From assembly GCA_964406095.1 (NCBI GenBank), contig CAYOQJ010000092.1:590-64589 (forward strand): a stretch of DNA of 64,000 nt. The letters are read 5' to 3'. Numbering within the stretch: position 1 is the stretch's first letter; the number at the start of each line of letters is the position of its first letter. This document shows positions 63,194 through 64,000 of the stretch, piece after piece. Made by a program: the position numbers and the translations under genes. The DNA is from an uncultured Lentisphaeraceae bacterium. GTDB taxonomy: Bacteria; Verrucomicrobiota; Kiritimatiellia; RFP12; UBA1067. Under the pieces are notes generated by a model. It did no database searches. It saw only the letters and a list, made by a program, of their open reading frames with translations, and was not told the DNA's origin.

Positions 63194-63310
63194 AGTGTCA
63201 AAAGGATGCCTTCTTTTGAACCCTAAATAATTTCAACTCCTTTAACTCTTTAATCTCTATTATTTTAAAACACGAAGTGGTTCTTCCTAAAAGCATGAAA
63301 CGGTGTTAGC

Positions 63311-64000
63311 ATGAAAGCAATTATTCCAGCAGCCGGCTTCGGCACACGGTTTTTTCCGGTCAGTAAAGTTATCCCCAAAGAGCTTTTGCCGATCGGTGGC
63401 AGACCAGCCATTCAACTGATTGTTGAAGAGGCGCTGGAAGCCGGAGCTCAGGAGGTGATAATCGTTAACTCTCCGAACAAAAACCAACTTGTCGATTATT
63501 TTAGAAACGACCCTCTCTGGCATAGCCGTTTGAGCGGCAGGCCGGATGCCTGTCGGGAATTGCAACACCTGGAGGAAATCTCGGAACGTACTGTCTTCGT
63601 TGAGCAGACAGAACAACTCGGTCTGGGTCATGCCGTTTTACAGGCCGCACCATTACTTGAAAACGAAACAGAGCCGATTTTGATTCTTTTAGGCGACGCT
63701 CTGATTGCCGGTGAGTGTTGCGCGTCAGCGGCGATGGCAGCAATCTCTAAGCAGCATGACAACGCTTCGGTCGTCGGCTTGGAAAAGGTGCCGACGGAAA
63801 AAATTTCCCGCTATGGAATTGTCGAGGTTGAAAGCGATAATGCCGACAATGTTTACCGCGTGCGAAGTCTAGTCGAAAAACCGGATGCCGAAAAAGCTCC
63901 TTCAAATCTGGCGATTGCCGGACGTTATCTGCTGGCTCCGAAAATCTTCGATTTGTTAAAAAACACCGCACCTGGTCATGGCGACGAAATTCAACTCACC
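63311..64000 (+). CDS. galU: UTP-glucose-1-phosphate uridylyltransferase, 3' end cut by the window edge
   Basis: Not in the ORF track because it runs off the right edge. ATG at 63311, then 230 sense codons to base 64000: MKAIIPAAGFGTRFFPVSKVIPKELLPI...GLGHAV...RYGIV...AIAGRYLL. Confidence 0.85.
   Translation, partial: MKAIIPAAGFGTRFFPVSKVIPKELLPIGGRPAIQLIVEEALEAGAQEVIIVNSPNKNQLVDYFRNDPLWHSRLSGRPDACRELQHLEEISERTVFVEQTEQLGLGHAVLQAAPLLENETEPILILLGDALIAGECCASAAMAAISKQHDNASVVGLEKVPTEKISRYGIVEVESDNADNVYRVRSLVEKPDAEKAPSNLAIAGRYLLAPKIFDLLKNTAPGHGDEIQLT

Overview
This is a 64-kb bacterial chromosomal window, densely coded and mostly housekeeping. I cannot assign taxonomy by eye. The gene content hints at an anaerobic glycan degrader, possibly of the PVC superphylum (low confidence): Rex, a split-Soret-type cytochrome, a DUF362 Fe-S protein, several secreted glycosidases, and ExbBD next to a prenyltransferase-like protein.

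Blocks, left to right:
- A GH42-like glycosidase truncated by the left edge, then endonuclease III-like, tyrA and an RRM RNA-binding protein.
- rex, DUF1343 and a ROK kinase.
- A membrane coiled-coil protein, divergent from a TPR-TPR-exbB-exbD-exbD operon. That operon ends in a TonB-shaped protein carrying a prenyltransferase/terpene-cyclase-like domain.
- lolCE-lolD, asd, fabH, a LolA-like protein and two CNNM-type transporters.
- An oxidoreductase, gyrA, fetAB and a GH92 mannosidase.
- A minus-strand trio: split-Soret-like cytochrome, large clan GH-A glycosidase, DUF362 ferredoxin.
- clpB.
- The classical block tRNA-Thr, tuf, rpmG, tRNA-Trp, secE, nusG, rplKAJL, rpoBC.
- metK and ahcY.
- A glycan-biosynthesis cluster: O-antigen-ligase-like protein, nucleotide-sugar dehydrogenase, a GHMP-kinase/nucleotidyltransferase fusion, and galU truncated by the right edge.

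The supplied ORF track omits three genes that I read directly from the DNA: the two edge-truncated genes and the 49-aa rpmG.

I found no rRNA, CRISPR array, transposase, integrase or recognisable defence gene.

The most unusual material is:
- the ExbBD operon with no recognisable TonB;
- a family of structured repeats between 55.6 and 63.3 kb, including a 1-kb non-coding gap with a tandem hairpin array;
- a duplicated hairpin leader in front of ahcY;
- tandem dyad repeats upstream of clpB;
- a sugar kinase-pyrophosphorylase fusion;
- an EF-Tu with a switch-I insertion.
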